The translations under genes and the position numbers were made by a program. Below are positions 26,617 to 39,181 of a DNA stretch of 64,000 bases, piece by piece; the first letter of the stretch is position 1; every line of letters starts with the position of its first letter. This DNA is from Octopus vulgaris (taxonomy: Eukaryota), in contig OX597820.1 in the NCBI GenBank assembly GCA_951406725.2, positions 55,924,001 to 55,988,000 of the forward strand, in the 5' to 3' direction. A model generated the notes under the pieces. The model did not search any database. It saw only the letters and a list, made by a program, of their open reading frames with translations, and had not been told where the DNA came from.

Positions 26617-27163
26617 CGAGGGTGGGTCAAAAAGTAATGTCATTTTGTTTTGGACAGGTATAATTACCAACACAGGAACATGTATCATACATCAAAATGA
26701 AGCTGGTCCTCTGTGGATCACATCCCTATTTCTCAACATTGTCACTGTTTCTCTCAATAACAATGTTCCACCTTCGAAAGAGAGCATGTATCCCTGCCCC
26801 GTAAAATTTTGTTGACTGTTCTTTGAGCCACTTCTTCACTACAGTTTTCACTTCCTCATCACTGGAATAATTTCTTCGGCCCCATGAAAGAGAGTTTGAG
26901 AGGCAAACATTATTCCAGTGATGAGGAAGTGAAAACTGTAGTGAAGAAGTGGCTCAAAGAACAGTCAACAGAATTTTATGAGGCAGGGATACATGTTCTC
27001 ATTCGAAGGTAGAACGTTGCTATTGAGAGAAAGGGTGACTATGTTGAAAAGTAGGGATGTGATCCACAGAGGACCAGCTTCATTTTGATGTATGAGACAT
27101 GTTCCTTTATTGGTAATTATATCTGTCCTAAACAAAATGGCATTACTTTTTGACTCACCCTCG
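26617..27163. mobile_element. Mariner-derived foldback MITE (two inverted 3' ends)
   Basis: TA TSDs; ~255-bp inverted arms; right arm encodes FGPMKESLRGKHYSSDEEVKTVVKKWLKEQSTEFY...GDYVEK*. Confidence 0.93.
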
Positions 27164-27396
27164 TAAATAATATAAAGCGTTTGTTCTGATGCTCTACTGT
27201 CTTGGCCATTTCCTAAGCTTTGCTATTGGTTTAACGTGGTTTCTCTTGAAAAGCACAAAGCCCAACACATATTTAGAGAAAGGTGAATGAGCTATTTGGA
27301 CATTCAGATGGGTAGTTACATCTTATTCTACAATGTTATCAAATCAATAACGAACAATTAAATTAGCCAGGTTGCCCCTTACAAAGTATTTCTTAC

Positions 27397-27548
27397 CTCT
27401 TTATTCATGCTCCGGTATAGGCTTACCAAATCTTCAGATTTGAGAAGATTGTCAGAACCATAGCCAGGTAAAATTTCTGAGTAGTCTGTGAGTCTTCCAT
27501 CAAAGCTAATTGATATCGGTCGTTTCTTTAATCCAGGAATGTGAAGTT
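27397..27548 (-). CDS. Rab11-FIP penultimate exon (ELHIPGLKKRPISISF...EDLVSLYRSMNKE)
   Basis: gttgtgtag acceptor (phase 1), GAG|gtaaga donor (phase 0). Supplies the Y.....E start of the RBD helix. Confidence 0.88.
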
Positions 27549-27631
27549 CTACACAACAAAATTTGGATAAAAGACCAATGATTTACAATATAAAATTAAC
27601 AATAACAACAAAATCAAAACAGCTTTATTAA

Positions 27632-27844
27632 CCCTTTCACTGTGAAATTAAATTTCATGGTTATTCCAGTAATGATGCTGAATATCTACGAAAAATAGAA
27701 TTGGTATTTTCTGCAAGTCACAATGCCTCAGTAGACTCAATGTATCTGAACAGTAAGTAGTTTCAACAAAAGATAGACTGGTGTATAAAACTACTTTCCG
27801 CAGTTAAATTTGAGTAGATATATCTGCTTTCTGCAGTAAAAACG
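27632..27844. mobile_element. piggyBac-like MITE
   Basis: TTAA at both ends; imperfect TIRs CCCTTTCACTG / CAGTAAAAACG. Confidence 0.55.
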
Positions 27845-28461
27845 TTAAAATATTATTTTTTATAAAAAATTCAAAACTTTTTTTTTATTGGGTTCTTCAT
27901 TATTTTCTTCCTGTAAGTAATTAAAATGCTAACAAATATGAATGTTGATAGTAAAATAAATTTAGCTTCTTAGAAAAAAAAAAAAAATTGTAAATATCTA
28001 TGTTAAGTTAAATATTTTCCCAGTGAATGTAAGATATATCACTGTGCTCTATCTAATGGAAGTGTTTCTCAACTGCTTAATGCCAGAAAAAGAAAACTGA
28101 GATAAGCTCTAGAATATCATAGCACTATCTGGTTGCAGTAATAGATAAAAGAAAAAAAAAAGAAAAGAAAAAAACTGAGAAGCTATAAATAAGAGCTACT
28201 CTAGTCTCTGTAAGTTTGACTATTTATCTAAGTGTACTGCAGGTATCATAGTTTGGGAAAATTCTAGATAGTAAGAATTTGCGTAATAGGAGATAGTTAC
28301 AAAATAAATAGGGAGATAAACCTGTGTTTATATAATGCAACACTGTATTTTCTGCATTGTACAGAATTTTCATAATGATTTATTTCATACAAAACACATT
28401 ATTTAAAAAAATAATATAGGAGTGATAATGACTTATTAATTAGTTCCATAAAAGTACTTAC

Positions 28462-29211
28462 CTGGATGTTTAGAGTTAAAATCCAAATCAGTTCGTCTTT
28501 GATCTCTATACAAGCTATTTACATCTTTCTCATCAAAAAAGTCCCTTTGGGAAGAATTTGAACCAAGTGAGTTAACCTTAGAATCTAACCCTAAGTGTGT
28601 CCTGGGATGCATTAAAGGTATTTTAGTATTAAAATTATTGTTTGAGTTTAGTTTGAAGGCATCCTCTTGCAGCTTCTTGAGTGTAACTCTGCTTTCTTCA
28701 CCATCAGGCTCGGAGTCTGCATCTTGGTCACAGTCGTAGGCATTATATTTTCTTATTCGTCTTTGTCTTCGTTTAACTTTTGGCTGAACAATGGAAGAAG
28801 CAGCCTCCTTGATAAAATCCCTTACAGCAGAGTTTTCAGGAAGATGTGTCTGAGGGTTGTCTGAGCTTCCAATTGCAATGCATGAGGACGGGCGTAGTTT
28901 GACACGTGGTGGCTGATCCCATGACTTTCTGTACGTGACACTTGTTTCTAGGGAGTGATTTACACCATTAGCACCATTTATTACACTCTCGGTGAAATTC
29001 CGCTGTGGATTCGGATTAATTGAGGAAGTGATGTTGTCAGTTTCTGTAATATTTTTTCTACTATAACCATTCTCTTCTGCAATTGGACTCTGATACAATG
29101 CAGAAAAACTTGCAGTTGTAATCTTGGGTAACGTGTAAGATTTAGTGACAACTTGGTCTTTTGTTGTTGATGCAATGTTTTCTAAAGATTTGTGGATTGC
29201 TTTTGTATTGT
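28462..29211 (-). CDS. Rab11-FIP large internal exon, Ser/Asn-rich disordered linker
   Basis: 750-nt open frame inside ORF 28436..29260; tctccattag acceptor and G|gtaagt donor, phase 1-1. Confidence 0.88.
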
Positions 29212-29692
29212 CTAATGGAGAAAGAAGGGAAATAATTAATGGATAACATAAATGTATCATATATAAGAAAACAAAATAATTCTTTGATGCAGAGGTGAAG
29301 AATTATGGAATAATATATAACCTGTCATGTCTTTAGTTTACTTTTAGTTATTAAAAGCTTTTAGTCAAGAAGTATCCTTCTGTATTTGCCTAACATATTC
29401 AATGCCATTTGTAATAACGTTCAATATTCTTTTCTACTCTAGGCACAAGGCCTGAAATGTTTTGGGAGGGGGTCAGTCGATTAGATCGACCCCAGTACAC
29501 AACTAGTACTTAATTTATCAACCCCGAAAGGATGAAAGGCAAGGTTGACCTAGGTGGAATTTGAACTCAGAACATAAAGACAGCCCTAAAATATTATTAG
29601 TTCTTACAACTGCTTGCATGATGGTGGTACTCATTTACAACTGCCATAAGGAGATACCAACATATACACACCCATACACACCCATGCACACA

Positions 29693-29741
<49 letters not shown>

Positions 29742-29759
29742 TTGAAACTCAAGATGTAG

Positions 29760-30057
29760 AAGAGAAGTGTATATGGATGCACATTAGCACTTAGTGATTC
29801 TGAAAAGAAAGAGGCATGGAAGTGCTACTATGAAAGGCTGCTGAATGTGGAGAATGCAGGGGAGAAAGAGAGTCTATCTAAAGCTAGTTGATAGCAGTAT
29901 GATAGATGAAGCAATTAAAGATATGAAGTGAAGGAAAGCCACTGATCCATGAGGAATTACAGCTGAGTTACTTGAGATATCTGGCAGAGTGGGATATGGC
30001 CTAGTCAACTGTATAATTGATCTGATTGTACAGAAAGGTATCACACCCAATGGCTGG
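29760..30057 (+). mobile_element. RTE-like LINE fragment
   Basis: Translates to KEAWKCYYERLLNVEN and IDEAIKDMK..KA..P.GITAELL. Confidence 0.7.
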
Positions 30058-30249
30058 TACAATATAGATGCAGACATAGCTTTGTGGTTAAGAAGGTTGT
30101 TTTGCAACAGTGAGGTTTCAGGTTCAGTACCAGAACAAAGTACCATTGGTAAGTGTCTTCTACTATAACGTTGGGCCGACCAAAGCCTTGAGCGGATTTG
30201 GTAGACGGTAACAGAAAGAAGCCTGTTGAATACATACATACATACATAA

Positions 30250-30608
30250 CAAAATAAGCAGCAGGATATCAAGAAGTGATGCAGTACGACTGTTTCAAGC
30301 AGCTTCATTTAATTGAACAATGCAATCATTACATCAATTTAAATGCAGAGCTATCATCAGCAGCACAAATAAATATAATTTTAATTAGTTGGACACATTA
30401 ATATAATTTTACTCAAATAGCGACAACATGGATTTCTTCCATCTTCTTAGACTGTTAAAGTATTTGAGCAAAATTATATTAATGTGTCCGACTGATTAAA
30501 ATTCTATTTATTTATTTAAATTGATGTAATGATTGCATTGTTCATTTAAATGGAGCTGCTTGAAACAGTTGTACTGCATCATTTCTTGATATCTTGTTGG
30601 TTATTTTG
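30250..30608. repeat. Nested foldback repeat between microsatellites
   Basis: Outer arms ~30250-30344 / ~30515-30608; inner arms ~30379-30418 / ~30462-30501. Confidence 0.85.
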
Positions 30609-30675
30609 ATTTTATTCACCTTACTTCTGGACTGACTTGGTGCTTCAACTTCAGTACTTAATTCAACTGAATCTC

Positions 30676-30719
<44 letters not shown>

Positions 30720-31240
30720 TTGTGTGTCTGTGTTTGTTCCCCCACCCACTGCATGACAACTAATGTTGGTGCATTTACTTCCCCGTAACTTAGTGGTTTG
30801 GCAAAAGGGACTGATAGAATAAGTACCAGGCTTACAAAGAATAAGTCCTGGGGTTGATTTGTTCGACTAAAGGCTGTGCTCCAGCATGGCCACAGTCAAA
30901 TGACTGAAACAAGTAAAAGAATAAATAAATAAATAAATAAAATTCACTAGTAATTTCAATATTAATAATTAGTGTGGTAAGAAGCTTGCTTCCCAACCAA
31001 ATGGTTCTGAGTTCAGTTCCACTGTGTAGTACCTTGAGCAAATGTTTTCTACTATAACATCAGGCCAACCAAAGCCTTATGAGTGGATTTGGTAGACAGA
31101 AACTGAAAGAAGCCTATCATATATATTTATATATTGGAGTCTGGTGCAGTCAAGTTCGCCAGGCCTCAGTCAAATCGTCCAACCCATGCTAGCATGGAAA
31201 GCAGATGTTAAACAATAATGATGATGATGATGATATATAT

Positions 31241-31749
31241 ATTAACAGAGATAACAAAAGTGACAGAATGTACTGACTAGCATCGCTTTTGCTAAAGATA
31301 AGAGTTAAAATAATTCAAAAGCCACAAACACACTGTCTTAATGACTGACAAAAGGAGGTAAGTCCCCAGTGTACATAGCTAGCTCGTGATTTCACATTTT
31401 GATGTAGACCATATTAATCCTAATCAGCAGCTCTTGATGCCTAGGGTTAACCTCAACCACCTCTGTCACTTTTACCGTTTTGAAAATCAGCACATGTTTT
31501 CAATAGTTTTTCTTATAAGACTGACAGAGGTAGTTGAGCTTAAAGCTAGGTTTTAAGAACCACTGATGAGGATTAAGATGGTCTACATCAAAATCTGAAA
31601 TTGCAATCCGGCTATGTACACTGGGGACTTACCTCCCTTTGTCAGTCATTAAGACAGTGCATTTGTGGCTTCTGAGTTATTTTAACTCTTATCTTTAGCA
31701 AAAGCAGTGTTAGTCACTACTCTCTGTCATGTTTGTGACCTCTATTAAT
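31241..31749. repeat. Long diverged palindrome (~230-bp arms), probably Penelope pseudo-LTR derived
   Basis: gcttttgctaaagataagagttaaaataa / ttattttaactcttatctttagcaaaagc and further matching blocks; flanked by TA-rich repeats. Confidence 0.92.
31558..31613 (+). ncRNA. Decayed minimal hammerhead ribozyme (mirror copy at 31376-31432 on the - strand)
   Basis: CTGATGA (31563-69), GGATT/AATCT stem II with inner GATG/CATC, GAAA (31597-600), palindromic TTGCAA, TC cleavage site. Confidence 0.7.
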
Positions 31750-33306
31750 TTTGCCCTTAGGTTCTAATTACTGATAACCAATATATATATATATATATAT
31801 ATATAGATACACATATACATACATACATATATATATATGTATGTATGTATCTTTGTATCTGTGCCCTACCATCGCTTAACAACTGATGTTGGTGTGTTTA
31901 CGTCCCCATAACTTGGCGGTTTAACAAAAGAGACCAATAGAATAAGTACCAGGCTTACAAAGAAAAATTCCTGGGGTCGATTTCTATGACTAAAAAACCC
32001 CTTAAGGTGGGGCTCCAGCATGGCCACAGTCAAATGACTGAAACAGGTAGAGGAATAAAAGAATAAAAGAAAATTGCTGTAATTTCACAAATATTTTGCT
32101 ATTCCAATTATTAAAGAAATCTATTCGCTTAGCTTCACACTAGTTTGCTGAATACTTTGTCATTCCATACCATTACCAGTCCCCATTTTTGTCAAGGTAA
32201 TATGTGTCATCTTTCTTGAATAACACCATTCTTAAGTCTTTGGTAATCCTGTTCCCTCATGTTTTCCCTTCAGCAATTAATATTTAAAAAAACCCCCAAA
32301 AAACTGGTTTTAATCAACTGCATTAAATTAGTCAAAATTCCTTACATTCCATTCATATTTCCCTCCTGAAATTAGATAAGTGTAGAGATTGAACATAGCC
32401 ATTGGTGCCTGGAATACACTTTCCCCCCCAACCCCACACACAACCACTGTCACCACAAACTCCATCACCACCATGACGCCCACCACCACCTTTGCCTCTC
32501 AGGCTTTTAAGGATAAGACAACAAAATACTAGTCAAGTACTGAGGTCAGTGATATGAACTAATCAAACCCCTGAAATTTCAGGTTTCTGCATATATGAAA
32601 AACAATTGTATCACTAAACTGTTTCATGGTATTTTGTCCATCTTTATGTTCCAAGTTCAAATTTCGCTGAGGTCGTCTTTGCCTTTAATCTTTTCAGGGC
32701 CGATAAAATAAGTATCAGTTGAGCACTGGGGGTGGGGGTTGATGTAACTGACTATCACCCCCCACCTTCACAAATTTCAGGGATTGTACAAAGGATTATT
32801 ATCACAATAATTTTACTATGTCCTTGAATTTCTTTGTGCCATGTTCTAGAAAATAACATTCTTTCCACATTTCCATTTAACAAAATTTTGGCCTTCTAGA
32901 ATAAAAGCAAAATATATTTTTATTTTTTTTATTAAGGCACAGATGTGGGTACATGAGTTAGAAACTTGTTTCTCAGCCATGTAGTTTTGGGTTCAATCCC
33001 ACTGTGTAGCACCTTGGGCAAGTGTCTTCTATTACAGCCCCAGGTCGACCAAAGCCTTCAGAGTAGATATGGCAGACACAAACAAAGAATCCTGTCATAA
33101 TCATCGCCGCTGCTGTCATCGTCATCATCATTATTTAATGCCTATTTTCCATGCTGATATGGGTTGGACAGATTAATAGGGGTTGGCTAGCTGGGGAGCT
33201 GTCCAGACTCTAGTTGTCTGTTTTGGCAAGGCTTCAACAGCTGGATGCCCTTCCTAATGCCAACCACTTTATAGAGTGTGCTGGGTGACTTTTACACACC
33301 ACTGAC

Positions 33307-33432
33307 AGATTTTCTAAAGAATTCAACGCCAGCGCTGCAAGTTATGACAGTTCATAAACAAATACATCTAGATGTGTTCATTTATGAAACATTGTAACTT
33401 GCAGAACTGTTGCTAAATCCCATAGAAAATCT
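33307..33432. repeat. Imperfect palindrome centred on ACATCTAGATGT; related direct copy at ~33740-33940
   Basis: agattttcta...ctgcaagtta / taacttgcag...tagaaaatct. Confidence 0.7.
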
Positions 33433-36359
33433 ATTGCTAACACAAGGTAGGAAACAATATTGACATGTAAACCTGTAACATACTTGGTAGCATATTATGG
33501 TTACAAAACGAAATAATGTGTCCTTGTCAGTAAAATAAAATATGCCTATCTGTTGGCAGGAATGTGTTTATTTGGTGTATCCAATTGTCTTACACAACTA
33601 AACTTAGTGGGTATTTAAGTAAAGTGTTTGTGTTCATGGATAGCTGATGGGTTAGATGAAGTTTTGATGAAGGGACAATAAGCTTTGAAATATGCATATA
33701 TTGCCACTACCAATATTTTCTATCTCCAATTGTATTGTTTACATAGATTTATTTGTTTACAAAACATTGTAACTTTCAATGTTGGCTCTAAACTCTACAG
33801 AAAAATCTATAGAGATAAACTTAAAAGTGAGAATATTGCACTGGTATCTCAAAAAGTAAGAAACAATATTGACTTGCAAATCTGTAACATACTTGGTAGT
33901 ATATTATGGTTGCAAAACAAAATACTGTATCTTTGCCAACAATTAATACTGTAGGGAATAAAAACTCATGACTTAAAGGTTTGGTCTCTGTTTAGTTACA
34001 TATTTAGGAGTTGGTCATTGATTTATTTATTAAATTTAGTTACCGATACTGTTGTTTTTAGTGCAAATGTGTTTGAAAGTTGTGGTTTCTTTTGTATGTT
34101 TGTTCCTAAGCAACACTTATTTTAGTGCTGTTGACACCGCTGGCTTGAATGGTACCACCCAGGTGTCGAGACCATAATGATATCCGTGGAGCAGCTGATG
34201 ATGGAGGTATGTTGGATTGTTGGTATAGCTGTTTTTGTAAATGTGGAATAGTATTATAACACATCCTTTTGATATAAATATATATATATATATCTCCTGG
34301 CACTCTGTCAGTTATGATGATGAAGGTTCCAATTGATCTGATCACTGGAACAGCCTGCTCAAGAAATTAATGTGAAAGTGGCTGAGCACTCCACAGACAT
34401 GTGTATCCTTAATGTAGTTCTCAGGGAGATTCAGCATGACACAGAATGCGACAAGACTGGCCCTTTGAAATACAGGTACTACTCATTTTCGTCAGCTAAA
34501 TGGGCAGGAACAATGAGAAATAAAGTGTCTTGCTCAAGGACACAATGTGTAGCTGGGAATTGAACTCATGACCTTGTGATCACAAGCCAAATACCCTAAC
34601 CACCAAGCCACCTGCCTTCACGTGTGGGTGTGTTTGTGTGTGCGTGTGTGTGGTAAGATGGCAAGTTAGCAGAATTGTTAGCTCGTCAGACAAAAATGCA
34701 TAGCGACATTTCTTCCATCATTACATTCTGAACTCAAATTCTGTGGCTGTTGATTTTTGCCTTTCTATCCTTTCAAAGTTGATAAAATAAGCACCAGTTA
34801 AGCACTGAAGTTGATGTAATCGACCAACTACCATTCTCTGAACTTGCTGGCCTTGTGCCAAAATTTGAAACCAAATACGTATGTGCATGTGTATGTATGT
34901 GTGTACGTGTGCGCATGTGTACCTTTGTCTAGGCATCCTGTAATGGTTGTAAGTGATCATCATCATCATCATATGAGCAAAGCTGTTTGTTACCAGTCTT
35001 TCATGAAGAACATGTCCTAGCCATGGGGCATATATTACCTTCCTTGGCAACATGGTGTCAGGAAGGGTATCTGGCCTTGAAGATCTGCCTTAACAAATTT
35101 CATTTGATCCATGCAAGCATGGAAAAATAGACATTAAATGATGATGATGATGATGATGATGATTACCAAGATACAAAGATGCTATTGCGAGTAAAAGATA
35201 TTTTCTGTCTTAACTAATTAATTAGCTAACTGCAGCTTAACATAACAACTGCAATATACTTCTTGACTATCTGGTAAAAATTGTTTACTTTCGTTATTAT
35301 TTTCCAGTAAGAAGCATCTGACACATACATGCAAATCTTCTAGTATCGGTTACTACTCTGTGAAAAAGTTTTTATCTCTTCGGTGTCATCATATCTGAAG
35401 CTTACTTAAACTACATAGACTCCTGCTATGAGGGAAGCCATGGTTAAGTGTTTAAGAAATTTACTTTGTAATCATGAAGTCACAGGTTCAATCTTGCTGA
35501 GTGACTTCTTTTTTTTCCTTCTTCTCGGGTCGACTGAAGCTTTGTGAATAAGATTGGCACAGGCATGGCTGTGTAGTAAGAAGTTTGCTTCCTAACCACA
35601 TGGTTCTGTGCATTTAATATTGTTTTTTTTGTGCATTTAATATTGGTTTCAAATTTTGGCACAAGGCCAGCAGTTTTAGAGGAGGGAATAAGGATTACGT
35701 CATTCCCAGCTCTCAATTGGTATTTATTTTATCAACCCTGCCCTGGCACTTGTCACTGTCTATATCTCTTTCTTCCTTTACTCATCCATCCCATTTATAT
35801 TCTGATCCCTGTCCCTTGTGAATATGCCTGGCACTTTGCCACCATCTCTTTCCTGCTGTCTCCTACACACACTCTCTCTCTCTCCTTCTCTAGAAAGTCG
35901 CTCAGGTTGGGTAACCACATATTTCCTTTGCGGCAGCGTACCTGTTTCTGTCTTCATTCCTGATCTCTCTCTCTCTCTCTTTCTCTTTCTCTATCTCTCC
36001 ACCTGGGTAATCTTGTACCTCCTCTACAGCAAGACACCTATTTCTGTCTCTCTGCCTCACTATAACCTTTCATCATCCGACAAAAGAGCACCTCCACCAA
36101 TGCCCCCTCAAAAGATTCTTTTTTTTTTGTCTTGCAAGTACTTGGTAACCCTCTCAGTGCAGGTGCCACTTAAAAGCACCCAGTCCACACTGTAAAGTGG
36201 TTGGCTTTTGGAAGGGCATCCAGCTGTAAAAATCTTGCCAAAACTGACCTTGCTTGTGCCACATAAAAAGCACTATAGTGAAAAAAATTAATTAAGATAT
36301 TGTATTAGGACTCATGGATAAAATGAGAAATGAGGCTCAGGAGCCTATGTTTTAATAAG

Positions 36360-36620
36360 AGATTTTTAAAATATCAAGGGATTTTAAAATAAACATTATC
36401 AAACAGTTGGAAGTTTTAATGGCCATGTTATCAAATACTTGGGGTTTTTAATGGCTATGGTGTCAAAAAGAATTTTAATGGTTATCTTATCAAACCAGTA
36501 AAGGACTGAATGCTCTCCACTTATGAAACAATTTGGGATTTTAATGGTTACATAATAAAGCAGTTGAGGATTTTAAAGTGAATGTTATCAAACATTTTGG
36601 GATTTAATAGCAATATTAAT
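36360..36620. repeat. Degenerate minisatellite, ~31-33-bp unit (ggattttaatggccatgttatcaaacagttg-like)
   Basis: About 7-8 recurring ttttaatgg...tatcaaa units. Confidence 0.75.
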
Positions 36621-38639
36621 AAACCTAGAAATGGGTGCACAGGTGTAAGTGCAGGACATGATGATGACTCGAGTAATGAGTAAGGAACAAATGAAATACA
36701 GAATACCTGCAACACCAACAACAACTGCAGGAAAGAAAGAGAGCTTCTTGGTTAGACCTGTAAAATGTTGTAGTCAAACTCTTCTTCACAAATTCTTCTC
36801 AATCATTTTGAAGTATAAATTTCATACACACTCATAAACACACACATAGACATATATAACCTAAAATGAATAGATTTACAAGTGCAGTGTTGGCTGAAAT
36901 CTATATATTTATTCTATAGTACTTCATAGCATATATAACCTACATCTATTTATAATATACAGCTGTAAATATAGAATTGGCATACCATTGGTTTTGGTAA
37001 CAAGAGTTCCAGCTGATCCAACCAATGGAATAGCCTGCTCATGAAATTAACGTGCAAGTGGATGAGTATTCCAGAGACACACATAGGGGGAATGTAGTGC
37101 TCAGGGAGATTCAGCATGACACAGAATGTGACAAGGCTGACCCTTTGAATTGCAGATACAACTCATTTTTGCCAGCTGAGAGGACTGGAGCAATGTGAAA
37201 TAAAGTGTCTTGCTCAAGGTCACAACACACCAGGAATCAAACTCACACCCATAATAAAGTGTAAGCAGTTGTTATTGAGTCTGTTGCTGATAATGCAGCG
37301 ATTGTTAATTGTAGTGGTGGTGGTGGTGGAGGCGCTGGTTATGGTGGTGGGGCGGTAGTGCTGGTTGAAGTGTGTTGGTGATGATAATATTTGTTTGGAT
37401 TTGCAGCCATCACAAACAAGAAAATATTAACAGTTATAGAACAGGTTCAATCAAAACAGAACACATGTCATTCTTCATTAATGGTTCTTCTGGAAGGTGT
37501 GATCACTGTTTCCTGGACATTTGGACATGTATGTGTGTGTGTATGATGTATGTATATATGTGTGAAGGCACGTGGCTTGGTGGTTAGAGCTGTAGATATG
37601 AAAATATATACAAATGTAAGTACGCACGCAGATAAACACACTTATAGAAACACCTGCATACGTAAACATCATCATCTTCATTTTAACATTTACATAGTAC
37701 AGATGAAATTTGTTAAGGCGGATTTTCTATAGCTGGATACTCTTCCCATCACCAACCCTCACCTGTTTCTAATGAAGGACACCATTTGCATGATGGTAAC
37801 AATTATTTGCAACTGATGTCAAGGCAACGAGACAGTAACACACACATACACAGCAGGTTTCTTTCAGTTTTCATCTACCAAAATGCACTCACAAAACTTT
37901 GGTTTATTAGAAATAAACATTTCAATTAAACATTTATTAGAAATATTTATTAACATTTCTTATAAACCAAGGAACGTTAACAAACATTTCTAGCTTTAGT
38001 AACATTGCTAACCATGTACCTCCTCTACAAGACACCTGTTTCTGTCTCTCTTTCTCACTATAACCTTTCATCATCTGACACAAGATCACCTCCTCCAATG
38101 TCCTCTCCCATTTCAAAGGAGCTTTGTCTTTCAAGTTACTTGGTGACCCTGCCAGTGCTAATCTCACATAAAAAGCATCCAGACCACATTGTATAGTGGT
38201 TGGCATCTGGAAGGGCATCCAGCCATAAAAATCACACCAAAACTGACCTCACCTGTACTGGTGCCAGTCCACTCTGCTGGGTGGTTGGTGTTAGGAAGGG
38301 CATCCAACAGTAAAAACACTGCCAAAACAGACACAAAAGTCTGGTGCAGCCTCCTGTCAAACCGTCCAACCCATGCCAGCATGGAATGCGAATGTTAAAC
38401 AATGATGATGGTGATGATGATTAAATCCCAAAATGTTTGATAGCAGTCACTTTAAACACTCCAACTGTTTTATTATGAAACCATTAAAATCCATGGGAAA
38501 ACACTTGCCCATGGTACCACACAGTAAGACCGAACCCGGAACTATGTAGTTTGGAATAAAATTTCTTACCACACATGCATGCTAGTGCCTACATATATGA
38601 ACTAAAGTTATTTTCTATCTATAGTAAACACCTGTGAAT

Positions 38640-39031
38640 ATATGTATAAACACATATAAACACACCAGAGAGTGCAAACCTCTGCCAAGGTAACACCAAC
38701 ATCCTCTCAAAGATTAGCCAGAAATGATTTTTAAAATGAGAATATCTGAAATAAACTCGACTGCTCACACAAACGAGAATACTAAAACTGAACCTAACTG
38801 CTCTCAAACATTAAGTAAAAAACTGGAAAAATAATCCAGAATCCTTGTCTGGTACCAGATCAATCCTTAAATCTAATCAGTTTGTGCCAGTCACAAGGCC
38901 AAACATCCCTGAAAGTTTCATCCAAATCCATCTGATGGTTCTTGAGACATCTTGTCCACGGACAAACAGACAAACAAACAAACAAACACAACTGAAAACA
39001 ATACCTCTGACTTAGCAAAGGCTGAGGTAAT
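38640..39031. mobile_element. Helentron-associated (HINE/DINE-1-like) non-autonomous element
   Basis: aaagtttcatccaaatcc core, (AAAC)n microsatellite, terminal hairpin acctctgactt...aaggctgaggt, and acctctgcc repeated near the other end. Confidence 0.55.
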
Positions 39032-39181
39032 AAATGTATCTATGAACACACATAAACACACTTATACACATATATAACTTACACACACACACACACATAT
39101 GTACAGATATAACTTATACACACTTATAAAAATTATATATAACTTATACACACATATATAACTATACACATTTATACACAA

